A stretch of 63,673 nucleotides of DNA, the filler included, from Saprolegnia diclina VS20 (lineage: Eukaryota): assembly GCF_000281045.1 (NCBI RefSeq). It is 4 parts of one record of this genome, joined end to end, with 100 filler letters (N's around TTAATTAATTAA, not from the genome) between each part and the next. Parts side by side here need not be neighbours in the genome. Positions count along the whole stretch, not along the records: positions 21,498 to 34,031 come from NW_008246072.1; 3 more parts are not named here. One strand, written 5' to 3'. How positions within the stretch are numbered: the stretch's first letter is position 1; each line of letters begins with the position of its first letter. Positions 21,681-33,122 of this stretch are shown here, piece after piece. The notes beneath the pieces were generated by a model. That model searched no databases. It was not told the origin of the DNA and saw nothing but the letters and a program-made list of their open reading frames with translations. The position numbers and the translations under genes are program-made.

Positions 21681-23515
21681 CGACCACATGCTCGCTTGGC
21701 TCCTGGCCGCAGACGTTGCAGAAGACCACCGTTGTGCAGGGCATCTCGGCGCGAGTGGTTGGCGCAAGCCGAGTACTAGTACAAATGTACTCGACGTCTG
21801 GAACTTCTTCAACGTCTCTCATGCCCTTGAAAATTGAAAAGTGACATCTTTGCGGGGCAAGTTGTAGGTCGCCGTGCGCTGGCAGCCAGCCACTGCATGA
21901 GAGACGGCGCGACGCCTTGTCCACCCCCTTCTCAAGCCAGGATCGCAACGTCTCTCGGTTGCTCTGTACAGCATGAGCTGCCATCCCCAAAGAGCGACAG
22001 GCGAGCCAACCCAAGCCAGGATTTCTGCGCGTTGTGGCGGCAGACAGGCTCTACAACTTCACGTACCATCGCGCGTCGATCACTTCGAGATAGCCTCCGA
22101 AGTGGCACCAGCTCCTCTTGAAGTACATTTCAACTCCGGCTTGGGGGAATGCAGACAGTGTATTGCGCTCGGGTGGAGCGCGGTGGGTTAGCGAAATACA
22201 CTACCACACTATTACATATGCAAGCTAGAGAACCCCTCCCCATGCGTGGCAGTGGGTTCTTGCGCGCGAGCCGTAGGACGAGGTTTGTAGCCGGCTTGCT
22301 AAAAGCACGGCTGCGTCTTGTCTTCAAAAAGGCACGGCGCCGCATCCCGCCAACACACGAGAGACACGGCGCGAATAGCTGGCGCAAATTTGCTTCCAGA
22401 AAAGAACTACACTGTACTGTACTAGTACGCCTTGTCGTATCAAAAGGGACCGAGACGAGGCACGCCGTTGATGCGTCGTCGAATCGTGCGGCAGCATTCT
22501 AGATGATTTTGGCCAATAGGACCAACATGGTGAACCAGCCCCGGGCGGGTCGTCCACACTTACATCGCACTCGAAGACCGCGTTCCCATTCATCATCGAG
22601 CGCCGGTCGTGTGCAACGTCGTGAAAGGAGTATCTCCGCCTTTTGAAACGGAGCGCACGCACTCGAGAGAGGGCAGCTTGTCAACACGACTGGCCAATCG
22701 CAATCGTTTCAGCACCGATACAATGATGCTAGTCGGGCGACGCTCGTGACAACCGAACGACGCGGTCCGCGTTTGCAGCGGCCGTCGGCAAACTTAAGGC
22801 TTTCGGTACCAAGCGCGGATAACACGCGAGCACGCACACATGGCAGCCACGCGCTGCTGTTGCCGCTCACCGGCGCGCAGTCTTGCTCGGAGCAAGACTC
22901 GTCATCCACGTCAACCAGCGCCGGTGGTGGTGGCTGCATTTGCGGACTGGCCGCTGCAGTTGGCACCGCTGCAAGATGCCAGTTGTTGGTCCGTTCCCGG
23001 ATAGACACCCTGGAGATGTACATGTACATGCATTAAGGTTACCATGAAGCTCGCGGCAGCGTCGGCGCGGACGGTCTCCATCGCACGACGCCAACGCTGC
23101 TGCTCGAGCAGAAGGCGCGCTCCTCCTGGTATAAAACGGCCGACGCATGCGCCAAGCCGCGGCGTCCAATCCACCGTGTAGCCGTGCGCGCCGCACTCAA
23201 TGTCCGTCTAGAACTGCGACGGTGCGCGTAGAAGGTTTTGCAACCGCTGCACGGCGTCGGCTTCCACAGCAGCACGATGCTGGGCCTCGCGGGCCAAAGC
23301 CGCCCGTGCAACGCTTGGTAGGCGGCTGAGGTCGCTCTGGATGGCACTTGGATGCATTCGACGCAGGCCAACGTTGCGCCAACAGCATCTGTCCCGTGTC
23401 ACTGGAATCGTATATGTGCACGCGAGAGCTGGGTATTGTGACCGCGATGTATCCGGATGCGACGACGCATCCGTATACGCTGCCAGGCTTGGATTTCAAA
23501 AGGAGCAGCAGGACC

Positions 23516-26205
23516 ATGTCGTTGGCACGGCGCAGCTCGCGAGCCTCCAGGGCGACTCGGCGCACATCCGCAACATCTGCATCATTGCGCACGTTGCCGG
23601 CGCGCTGCAGCGTGCTCTTTGCGAGCGCGTACGACGGGTGGGCCTTCGGTATTGGGTACTTTGCCGCGTACTACGCCAAGAATTTCGAGATGCCGCAAGG
23701 GTCGTGGCGCCAAGGCCTCTGGGGCGAGTACTATTACTTGCACGGCAAGACCAAGAAGACCCGGTCGACGCCGTGGATGTCCAACAACCAGCCCATGTTT
23801 GTGACATTTGTGCTCGAGCCGCTCATGGCCATCTACAAGGCCATGGAAGAGCCGACCGAGCACAACCCGGACGCGCTCCCGCCATTGCGCCAGCTCACCA
23901 AGGTACATATCTCTTGATGACGACGGTATACATCACTGCATCAATTTCAATGTAGAACCTCCGCGTGGCCAAGTTGTGAGCGACCGCGAGCTGCTGCAGA
24001 AGGACCGCCGCCTCGCGCTGCAGTGCGTCATGCGCAAGTGGCTGCCGCTCGCGACGTCCGTGCTCAAAATGGCGACGCGCATGCTGCCGTCGCCTGTGAC
24101 GGCGCAAAAGAGCCGCGCCGAGCACCTCTGCGTCGTCAACCCGGCGTTCCCGGACCAGCTCCCGACCTTGGCCGCGATTCAAGGTACCTTTATGAACGCT
24201 GTACATTTGCAAGATGCTCTCGGTCGAGGCGACCAACCTCTCGGACTATGCGACGAACGCGACGCTGCGGGCCATGTACCCGATCAAGGAGGTTGATCCT
24301 ATTCTTAAAGTATCAATATTGACTCGGCACCTAGGACAACCGCGGCGCCGAGGCGTATGTGGCTGTCGCGCGCGTCTTCTCGGGAACGTTCCGTCCGAAC
24401 GCGCCCACGTATGTGCTTGGGCCCAAGTACAACGGCGAGGGCATTGGCAGCAGCCACGCCTCTACATGGTCATGGGCAGCGACTTTGTGCGCGTCGAGCA
24501 CGTGGCTGCCGGCAACATTGTGGGCATCCTCGGCCTCCACGAGCACGTGCTCAAGACAGGTGCCCACAAATATTTTCTGATATTTTCTGATTTTTGACGA
24601 ATTTCGTTTGTGCAGCGACACTCTTGAGCACGCTCGCCTGCCCGTCCCTCGCGCGAATGCCGTACCAGGCCAAGCCGATCGTGCGCGTGGCGGTCGAGCC
24701 CGCGGACCCGCGCCACTTTGCCGAGCTCGAAGCATGTCTGCAGCGGCTCTACCGCTCCGACTCGACGGTCGAAGTCCACGTTCTGGTACAATTGCAATAC
24801 TCTCCAGTCAAAATACTACTACGTAGTACTAACTAACGAGTAGGAGACAGGCAAGCACGTGCTTGTGGCGCTCGGCGAACTCCACCTCGAGCGCTGCGTC
24901 AAGGACCTCACAGAGCGCTTCGCCAAGGTCCCGCTGCACGTCTCGGAGCCGCTCGTGGGCTTTCGCGAGACAATCGTCGCCAACGAGACGGGGGCACGGC
25001 CTTGTACGCTTCTCGTTGCATTGCACATAACACTTGACACATATTCGTAGGCTGAGTATGATCTTCAAGGACCTCAAGCTGGCCGAAATGACGACCAGCA
25101 CGACGCCGGACGGTAAGCACAAGACGCTCGTGTGTCCGACGCCGGACGGCCAAGTCGCCGTGCACTTGCGTGCCGTGCCGCTGCCATCGACAGACCTTGA
25201 CGTGCTCGAGGCCCACGCCGAGGGCTGGAAGCGCTTCCACAGCAACGACGACGATGCGGACGTCGCCACGTACGTCCGACATTTTTCAACTCTGAACTGA
25301 GAGCGAGTCTAGGCTGCGGACGGAGCTCCAAGCTGTCCTCGCAAAAAAACCTGCGGTGACGCCTTTTGGACGACGATGGACCTCGACCTTCTCCGGAGTT
25401 GCGGTCCTCGCCGGGTAAACCACCACCAACTCCCTGCGTATCTTAAGGGTTTGCGTAGGTCGGTCCGAACCTCTTGATCAACAACGTGCCCAACTGGATG
25501 GCGCCCTCGACCATTTGGGTGTTGAACCGCGGGCTCGTGACGGACGAGCGCATGAAGCTCGAGTCTTTGCTCGTCTCGGGCTTCCAGCTCGCGACGGCGG
25601 CCGGTCCGCTCTGCGATGAGCCCGCGTGGATGGTCGCGTTCATTGTCGACGACATTGTGCTTACGCCGGTCGACGACGGGGCCGAGGCCGCCTACGGTCC
25701 GTTGAGCGGCCTCGTGATCTCGGGCATGAAGTCGAGGTGCCGCAGCGCGTTTGTGCACGCGCCTGTCCGCCTCGTCAAGGCCATGTACAAGTGCACGGTG
25801 CAGTGCCAATCGGAGCAGCTCGGCAAGCTCTACAGGTATTACCACATCACATCTTATTGCATCGATCCAACTCTCAGCGAATAGTGTGTTTGCCAAGCGC
25901 CAGGCGTGTGTCGTCGGCGAAGAGCTCTCGGACGGCAGCGCGCTCTACAGCGTCGAGGTGTATCTGCCGGTCGTCGAGAGCTTTGGCTTTGCGACCGAGC
26001 TACCACGAGCGGGAACGCGAGCAACCCGCAGCTGCTCTTTGACCACTGGGCCGTCATGCCCGACGACCCGTTCTTCCAGCCGACGAAGGACGAGGAGCGC
26101 GAAGACTTTGGCGAGGCGATCGCCGAGCACAACGCCGTCTGGAAGCTCCTCGAGGGCGTCCGGCAGCGCAAGGGTCTCTCGCGGGAAGAGAAGATTGTCG
26201 CCAAA
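23516..26205 (+). pseudogene. EFL1: Elongation factor-like GTPase 1 (EFL1/Ria1) pseudogene with internal deletions; introns retained
   Basis: HIRNICIIAHV joins directly to VLFASAYDGWAF with no [73 protein letters not shown]; several frameshifts. Confidence 0.85.
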
Positions 26206-26344
26206 CAAAATTCAGTTTTCATTACGACCACACCAAGACGATCGAGATCTTGGGCGCGCCAGACAAGATCAAGGGCGCGCGGCTCGCCCGCGGCAAGGCA
26301 TATGCCCGGCCACCTCACGCACGTGCTCGAGGACTTTAGGAGGA

Positions 26345-26397
26345 GTTCCGAGTAAAAATATGGGACGGATGGGAGACGGGCACATTTTACTCGGAAC
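26345..26397. repeat. Inverted repeat or hairpin with 13-bp perfect arms
   Basis: gttccgagtaaaa ... ttttactcggaac. Confidence 0.75.
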
Positions 26398-26785
26398 GAT
26401 ATTTGCAAAATACGACGAAAAACCATCTGCGCTATGATTGGCTATTATTCAATAGAATTTTAGCCAACCAATTTGGTCGCTTCTTGACGGAAGCCGGCAA
26501 AGCCTTGTTGTAGTACCAAGAAAGTGAGCGCGGGCTCCACTTAAGCCAACCTACATGTGGTCATCACGTTGCTCGAGTTTTGTGGCCATTGCAATCGAAA
26601 ATGTCAACTGCAAAGGCGACATTTGCTCCGCGTCTCCATCCAACGATTTGCCCAATCAAATCGCGTAATCACGAGACGGGATGAATTGGTGCGAGCTGAC
26701 ATCCTGGAGGTCGGCCCACAACCATGCGCACGAGACGGAACGATTTTTTTTTCTGGCTTCTGATTGGCCGATGCCCGTCTCGCAG

Positions 26786-28830
26786 GTTACTCGGAACTCT
26801 TCCTTAGCGGCGCCATCGAGATGGGCCCGCGCAGTGACGACGGGTACCGCCAGCGCGGCCTTATCTACACTCTCTTCGGCAAGTTTGACTTGGCCTTGGT
26901 CGACTACGACCGCGTCGTCGAGCTCGAGTCGCGGCAGCTTACGCACGTCAAGCTCGAGTCGCTGCTCCAGCGCGCCGAGACGCTCATGCAGTTCGTCGAG
27001 AACGAAGAGAACGGCTTTTTGCTGCATCAAATGAAGGACTCGGCGCTCCTCTCGGCCGAGAACGGCCACGACCGCGCCGTGCGAGGAGAATGAAGCGCGG
27101 ACGTATGTGCTCAAGACCATTGGCGCCTTTACCGCAGCCCTCGACCAAGAGCCCGAGAGCTTCAACGTGGTCGCCGCACGCGGCGATACCTACATCCGCG
27201 CCGGTGCGCTCACCAACGCGCTCGCTGACTTGGACGCGGCGCTCTTGACCGACGCCAAGGACAACCGGGTACTCCTGTCCCGCGCCGTGGTTTGTGCCGT
27301 ACCAAGACGCCGTGTCCCGTCCGGGCACTCGACCTGCTCGCGTAGGTCATTGCGTTGGCGCCGCCACTGATTGCGACCCAAGGCCTCTTTCGCGGCGCGC
27401 GACTGTAACTCGCGCAAGTCGAAGAGCAGCACGCTTGCGACCTGCGGCGGACGAAAGTGACCAAGAAGGGCGCGAAGACGAAAAAAAGGCGAAAGCGCCG
27501 ACCACCGAGCAACTCGCCCAAGCCGTCGACGACTGTCCGGCCATCCGCGATCCTTGTCAATGACGACGTAACAACGGATTACGACGACGACAAGAGCGGG
27601 ACAATGCGCCTGCCTGTCTGACATCCTCTGACGACGCCATGGTACCGACACCCGATGCGAGTATACCGGGAGTCTCGGGCATGAAAGGAGCACGCCATCG
27701 AGCCGGATGGTCATGTACACGCGCGACGAAGCCTGCGAAAGCCTCTACGAGGTGGAGGCGCCGGCCGAGCGCGTCGCGCCACCGCGGCCGACCATTCACT
27801 TGGAATAATATTACTTCTGAGCGTTTTTTGATTGAATCCTGAGCGTCTCATTTTTGAGGGATTCCTGAGCGGATTTTGAGGGGCATACCCGTTCTAAAAA
27901 ACGATTCCATAAGGGATGACCTGTGAGTGGGTTTTTGGGACAAACCTTCACTAATGCGAGCGACGACAGAGCATCGGCCCAGAAAAGTCTGCCCACCGCA
28001 GCGAAGCGGAGGTTGGGTGTTGACTTTTGTGCAGGCCGTGCCTTGGCGAGGAGCGAGCCCCCGTCTTTCGCGTAAAAAGGGCTTTATTGTAGAAAGGACG
28101 CCCAGGTGGAGGCGGGTAGGCCCGTAGGGCCGCGCCGACCCTGGTGCGTAAAAACACCCTCGAGACCGAAAATATTGGTTTGTCCCGAAAATGGGATCTG
28201 GGCAAAACCTGTAAATACATCAGGATTTCAAAACGGTTTGAACCGCTCAGATGTCATCCGTTTTGCAGTTAGTAGCTCGGCTAGCCGATCTAAAACCGCT
28301 CAAAATGGTCGAGATCCGCTCAGATACCCTCCATTTCCCAGACGCTCAGAATTCATCCAAAAAACGCTCACCAATAATCCGCACCCCATTCACTTTTCGC
28401 TCACGGACGACCTGTCCAAGGACGATGACATGATGCAAGCCAAGAGCTCGGACGACGGGTCGACGCCACTGACAACGCCGAAGGACGACAAGAGCGAAGC
28501 AAGCACGCCCGCGACGTCGCCTGTCGTCCTCACCGACAACAAGTACCTCAAGAAGCGGCGAAAACAGCTCGAGAAGCTGCGCGCCGATCTCGTCGATGTG
28601 TGCAAACGGCGAGAGCCCGATTTGATTGTCGATGCACTGGACCGCGCGACGCGCAAGCAAATGGTCGACCAGCTCCAATGCGAGTGCCAGCGGGCCCGCG
28701 ACGCGCCGGCACAGTCACCGCAGCACCCGACGCCCACAACGTCGTCGGATGCAAGTCCAGTGCGATTACCGTCATCGAGCCCGAACTGCGTGCCCGCACG
28801 GTCGCCGGTCAGTAGTGTCCCGCCACCGAT
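26786..28830 (+). pseudogene. TPR-containing gene relic, frameshifted and interrupted by a transposon
   Basis: YRQRGLIYTLFGKFDLALVDYDRVVEL; ARGDTYIRAGALTNALADLDAAL; frameshift near 27090; downstream exon split at 27801/28386. That these pieces form one gene is inferred. Confidence 0.6.
27802..28385. mobile_element. Non-autonomous Mutator-like (MULE) element, 584 bp
   Basis: 10-bp direct repeat CCATTCACTT at 27792-27801 and 28386-28395; GG...CC termini; imperfect TIRs (tgagcgttttttgattgaatcctgagcgtct vs agacgctcagaattcatccaaaaaacgctca). Confidence 0.85.
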
Positions 28831-29101
28831 CAATACGGCAGTGTCGCCGCACGAAATGGCGCTCCTCGGCCGGCGGGCAGGCGCCTGCCCTATCATCACA
28901 GACCGAGCCGAGCACCTCAAGTTTATCAGCAATAGAGTGCCCTCTGCGTTGTATGGTGCCCGAGCAGCGTCTCTGACTCAAGATCTACTGCCTCAAGATG
29001 CAGCGTTGCAGCCTGCTCTGCCGCAACAAGCGCGTGGGCCTCTCCGCATTTTCTCGTCCGCAAGCCCGGTGGAAACGACTGGCGTCATATATTTGATATA
29101 T

Positions 29102-29520
29102 TTGACCTCCGCGCCGTCAACAGCTGCATCCAGCCGATCCAGTGGCCGATGCCGCACATGGAGCAGATCATGGTGTACCTTCTCGGTTCCACCTGCTACG
29201 GTGTGTACAACGTGTTCAAGGGGTACTGGCAGTTCCTCGTCCACGAGAACAGCCGGGACTACTTTTCTTTCATGACGGAAGAAGGCATTTGGACGTCCGA
29301 CCGTGCCAACTGGCGGTTGTGTCGTGTCACGCACGACCAAGCGTCCATGGAGGTGTGGGAGGGTGGGAGGGTGGCGGAGATCTTCGGCGAGATGCTCTAC
29401 AAGTCCCTCTTGCTTTGGATTGACGACGTCCTCAGCTACGCCAAGACCTCATGGTGCAGACGCAGCAGTTCCTCCAGCGTTGCCACAACGTCGGCCTTAA
29501 GTTGCACCCAGGCAAGTACG
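29102..29520 (+). mobile_element. Ty3/gypsy reverse transcriptase relic
   Basis: DLRAVN...WPMPHMEQ...FKGYWQF...SRDYFSFMTEEGIW...LLWIDDVL; middle motif damaged; no gag, integrase or LTR seen. Confidence 0.8.
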
Positions 29521-29975
29521 CGCGTGCCCTACTTGGGAAAAAAAGCGCCGCGCCATCTTCCGAGCAGTGTCAACGTTATGATGAGTCCCGAGTAACATTA
29601 CTCGAGTACCGGTAGAGCATATTCAGTCGTGCAGGCACACTATACGCAATGATTTATTGAGGTTTCATTAGTATGTGCGCATTGTGTCGGAACTAAAGTA
29701 TTCGTCCAGAGTGAACTTGACGTCGATACCCCTCGCGTGAGCTATTTCATCATCAATATCTAAAAAAGAGCACGTATCATCATACACATTTCCGCAATCA
29801 CGAGATAACAGGTTTTGAGGGCGCCACACGCATATGATGCTGCATTCACGAGAGCTTCTACGGAGGGCAGTCGTGCTCTGATCGCATAGTGCCGTCGTTC
29901 GCCTTCGAGCTCGCGCTCCTCGTAATTGCTGCCGTTGACGCCGTTGTTGCAGTGCTGCCGTCGTTGCGTTGGACC

Positions 29976-30317
29976 GTCGGTGTCGTTGCGAAGAACGACG
30001 GGGACGCTGCTGCCGTCGTTGAAGCGGCGCGTCGGTGCCGAAGCAAGAGACGCCCTGAACGTTACCGTCTTTGAGTAGGATCGCCGGTGTCAAAGTACGA
30101 GACGACCGAGACGCTGCTGCCATAGCTGGAGCGGGGCGTCGGTGTCGTAGCGAAGAACGACCGAGACGCTGCTGTCGTCGTTGGATCGACGCGCCGGTTT
30201 CGTAGCGAAAGACGATCGGGACGCTGTCGCCGTCATTGAGTCGAAACGTAGGTGTCGTAGCGAAGAGCGACCGAGACGCTGTCGCCGTCATCGAGTCGAA
30301 ACGTCGGTGTCGAAGCG
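29976..30317. repeat. Degenerate 55-bp minisatellite, about 6.3 copies
   Basis: Units starting gtcggtgtcgtagcgaagaacgaccgagacgctg at 29976, 30031, 30083, 30138, 30193, 30248, 30303. Confidence 0.85.
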
Positions 30318-30745
30318 ATGAATTGTCAAGCAGGCCGAAGCCAAATCGAAACTGTGTCGAGGTTTCGCTGGCCCATGCCTGCTCCTCCTAAAAACTCTAT
30401 TTCTACTCTCTACCGATACGAAGAAACGCCCAATTCAGTGACATAAAGAATCCATGCATTATGTAGGCCGCTTCGCAGAGGCGCTTGCGCATACCGGTAT
30501 GATCGAAGTGCTGCTCGCGGCGGGATGTTTCAAGTCACCACAACGGGCCTTCAATGTGTGAAATGGTCCAAATACCGATACGACTTTTGAAAGTTGGTAA
30601 AGTCACCGGGATCGAAGTTACTAGTAGGGCTTACAGTTAATAGAGTCACCATAATTGTTGCACTATGGCGTCGTCGAGCTACAACAACGTCGGGTCCCTT
30701 TGATGGAGCAGTGGCTGAACACTAGTGTAAAATTAAAATGTCGTG

Positions 30746-32320
30746 TTAGGTGTCGAGACGTTTGGCGCTACACATAACAATCTTCCTTTCCTGGCTCACG
30801 TCGACGGCCACGCCGACGACGGATGGGACATACTGGGTACCGAAGCACTTGTGTCGCGCAGAGCTGCGTCCCCGAGTGCTCGTGCGCCGAGAAGAAGACG
30901 ATCCGCTTCTCTTGTCGGTCCAAACTGTGATTGTGAGGTTGGTGCAGGTTCGAAGCGCGTCCACGAGTGCCATCGTCCCTTCGTGTCGAAATGTGTTGAA
31001 GAAGAGCTCGATCTCCATGGGTGCGGGTGCATGGGCGTCTTGAAGCGCAGCTGCCAGAAGCTTCGCACCTTGAGTGTTGATGGCACACTCGCGGAGGCCA
31101 ATGTAGCGGACCCCGGCGACAATGCACCGACGAAAGGCGTCGCCGACGGATCGCAGGTTGAGGCTCATAGTGCGGCAGTGCAGCAACTCGATACGTTCGA
31201 GGCGGCGGGAGCGCGCGGCCCAGAGCAAAAGCGCGCGAAAGTTGTCGTCTGCAAAGGCAACGCCAAACACCCGCATGGTGCGAATGGCCGAGTGCTGTGG
31301 TAGATCGACCGCGGTGTCAGTCGCGCCTGCATTGCCGTTCTTCACATCGAGGTCCTCGAGCGCTGTCATGTGTGGCAGTGCAGCGACGAAGAACGTGAGA
31401 TCTTCATGGCGGGGGCAGAAGAGCTTGAGTTTCGTGAGCTTACTTACGTCAACGAGCGGAAATATAGCTTTGGCCTCCCCGAGGGTCGTCAAGAGGAGTT
31501 GCAGCACGCAGAGGCGGCGTAGCGGTCGCCCATGCGCCACAAGCTGGCGAACCACACCGCTTGACGTGTTTAAGTAGAGGCTGGTGAGCGTCGGTGACGA
31601 GGCGAGGGCGTCCGCAAGGCCGGCGTCGTACTCCATTGCGTAGCTCGCAAGCTCCAAATGGCGTGCATGACCAGACACGAGCCAGCGCGCGAGGGTACGT
31701 AAGCCGTCCACCGGGTCTTCTGAGCCTGCTTCTGGGTACTCGTGGGCGAGGCTGAATCGGATGTCACGGACGCGGTGCGCATGCGACATAACGAGCTCGA
31801 GGATCTCGTTGTCGTGTCGAAGACCAATTGTCTCTAGGTTGGTGCAGAAGGGCAGGAGGCGGAGGAACTCGGCGCGCTGTGATGGAAAGCGGATGGTCAG
31901 CCCAAGCGTCAAGTACTTGACCTTTGCCGTCCAGTTGGCGATGAACGCCGAGTACGTCAAGTCAAAGTCGAGCGGGTCTGCAGGCCACGGGTAATGGCCG
32001 AGGCCATCCATGCCGACGGCGACAAACACGGGTATCGCGGCGGCCACGAGATCGATGAGCTCTGGGGACATGCGGTTGCGGCGCGGGACCGGCCACACAT
32101 CGTCGATACTCGGAAGCAGCAAAGGGAAGGTCTCGCCGCGCGGTTTGGCTCTGCGGAGCGCCTCGAGCAGCGCGGCCAGCGGTGGCGTGAGCAGTACCGG
32201 CGGCAGCGAACGGAGGAAGGCAGCAACGTCCGTGGGCGACGCCGTGTATTGGGCGAGGCTCATGACGACGACGTCCACGTCGACGATCGAGCGCTGCGCG
32301 TGGCAAACTCGCTTGGCCAT
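30746..32320 (-). CDS. LRR/RNI-like protein of a Saprolegniales-type expanded family; intronless; C-terminus uncertain
   Basis: N-terminal DVAAFLRSLPPVLLTPPLAALLEAL; LxxLxL repeats (LTSLYL, LTKLKL, LEDLDV); RNI-like CAINTQGAKLLAAAL. Confidence 0.75.
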   Translation of the reverse strand: MAKRVCHAQRSIVDVDVVVMSLAQYTASPTDVAAFLRSLPPVLLTPPLAALLEALRRAKPRGETFPLLLPSIDDVWPVPRRNRMSPELIDLVAAAIPVFVAVGMDGLGHYPWPADPLDFDLTYSAFIANWTAKVKYLTLGLTIRFPSQRAEFLRLLPFCTNLETIGLRHDNEILELVMSHAHRVRDIRFSLAHEYPEAGSEDPVDGLRTLARWLVSGHARHLELASYAMEYDAGLADALASSPTLTSLYLNTSSGVVRQLVAHGRPLRRLCVLQLLLTTLGEAKAIFPLVDVSKLTKLKLFCPRHEDLTFFVAALPHMTALEDLDVKNGNAGATDTAVDLPQHSAIRTMRVFGVAFADDNFRALLLWAARSRRLERIELLHCRTMSLNLRSVGDAFRRCIVAGVRYIGLRECAINTQGAKLLAAALQDAHAPAPMEIELFFNTFRHEGTMALVDALRTCTNLTITVWTDKRSGSSSSRRTSTRGRSSARHKCFGTQYVPSVVGVAVDVSQERKIVMCSAKRLDT

Positions 32321-32358
32321 CGCTGGACGCAAATTCCGACCAAACGGAAATGCATGCT

Positions 32359-32394
32359 GTATCCGGATCAAGATCGCGATCTCGATCCGGATAC
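32359..32394. repeat. 36-bp palindrome with one mismatched pair
   Basis: gtatccggatcaagatcgcgatctcgatccggatac. Confidence 0.85.
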
Positions 32395-32692
32395 GCCAGT
32401 CGTCGTCGGAGTGTCACCGCCATATTCCGTTTCGATCCGCTCTTACATGCTGCTCCGTGTGATGGAAAACTCAGTAGTCAATGAGGCACATAAAAGATGA
32501 CATGAGGAGCAGCAGAAGCGTGCTATGTATTGTGACGATTTAGCTACAAGTCGAGTGGGAAAACCTCCAGAGAGGGAAAACGAGCACTCGGAGGCAGGAA
32601 AAGAGTCATGCTCACTAAAAACCTGCCCGCCACCACATTTGTACAAACAATAGCGACGTACGCTACAGCGATGGTCGATTGCAGCCTGCAGA

Positions 32693-32931
32693 GCGTCCAG
32701 GCCCGAGAAAAACGGTTTCGTAGGCAGACCCCAGCCTTTCTCCAAGACCCAGCGCGCATCATCTCTGGCTGGTGTGCGTCTAGGCACAGGAGAAACAGTT
32801 CCGTCAGTACACTTTAGCCTCTCATAGACCCGGTGCGCATCGTCGCTGGTCGGGGTTCGCGCGTCCAGGCCCGAGAAAAACGGTTTCGTAGGCAGACCCC
32901 AGCCTTTCTCCAAGACCCAGCGCGCATCATC
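32693..32931. repeat. Tandem repeat of about 84 bp (A-B-A, 168-bp dimer) running into a gap
   Basis: gcgtccaggcccgagaaaaacggtttcg...gcgcatcatc at 32693 and 32861; diverged unit at 32776. Confidence 0.85.
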
Positions 32932-33031
32932 NNNNNNNNNNNNNNNNNNNNNNNNNNNNNNNNNNNNNNNNNNNNNNNNNNNNNNNNNNNNNNNNNNNNN
33001 NNNNNNNNNNNNNNNNNNNNNNNNNNNNNNN
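32932..33031. other. Assembly gap (100 N)
   Basis: N run. Confidence 0.95.
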
Positions 33032-33122
33032 GACGATGTTGATCGCCTCGTCAGCAAAGGGAATATGGAGACACAGACGAGGGTCAACCATTTTGCAAAG
33101 ACAGTCGACGACTGTACAATTA

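Noticed and set aside
22700..23450. Minus-strand coding-like fragments upstream of the EFL1 relic
   Set aside because: The frames are inconsistent and no family is recognisable
28106..29275. 389-aa ORF as a single gene
   Set aside because: It is a chance read-through of transposon DNA, a host exon relic, and the off-frame start of the RT relic
29976..30317. Regularly spaced repeats (also 32693-32931) as a possible CRISPR array
   Set aside because: The units are similar along their whole length with no unique spacers, there are no cas genes, and the context is eukaryotic
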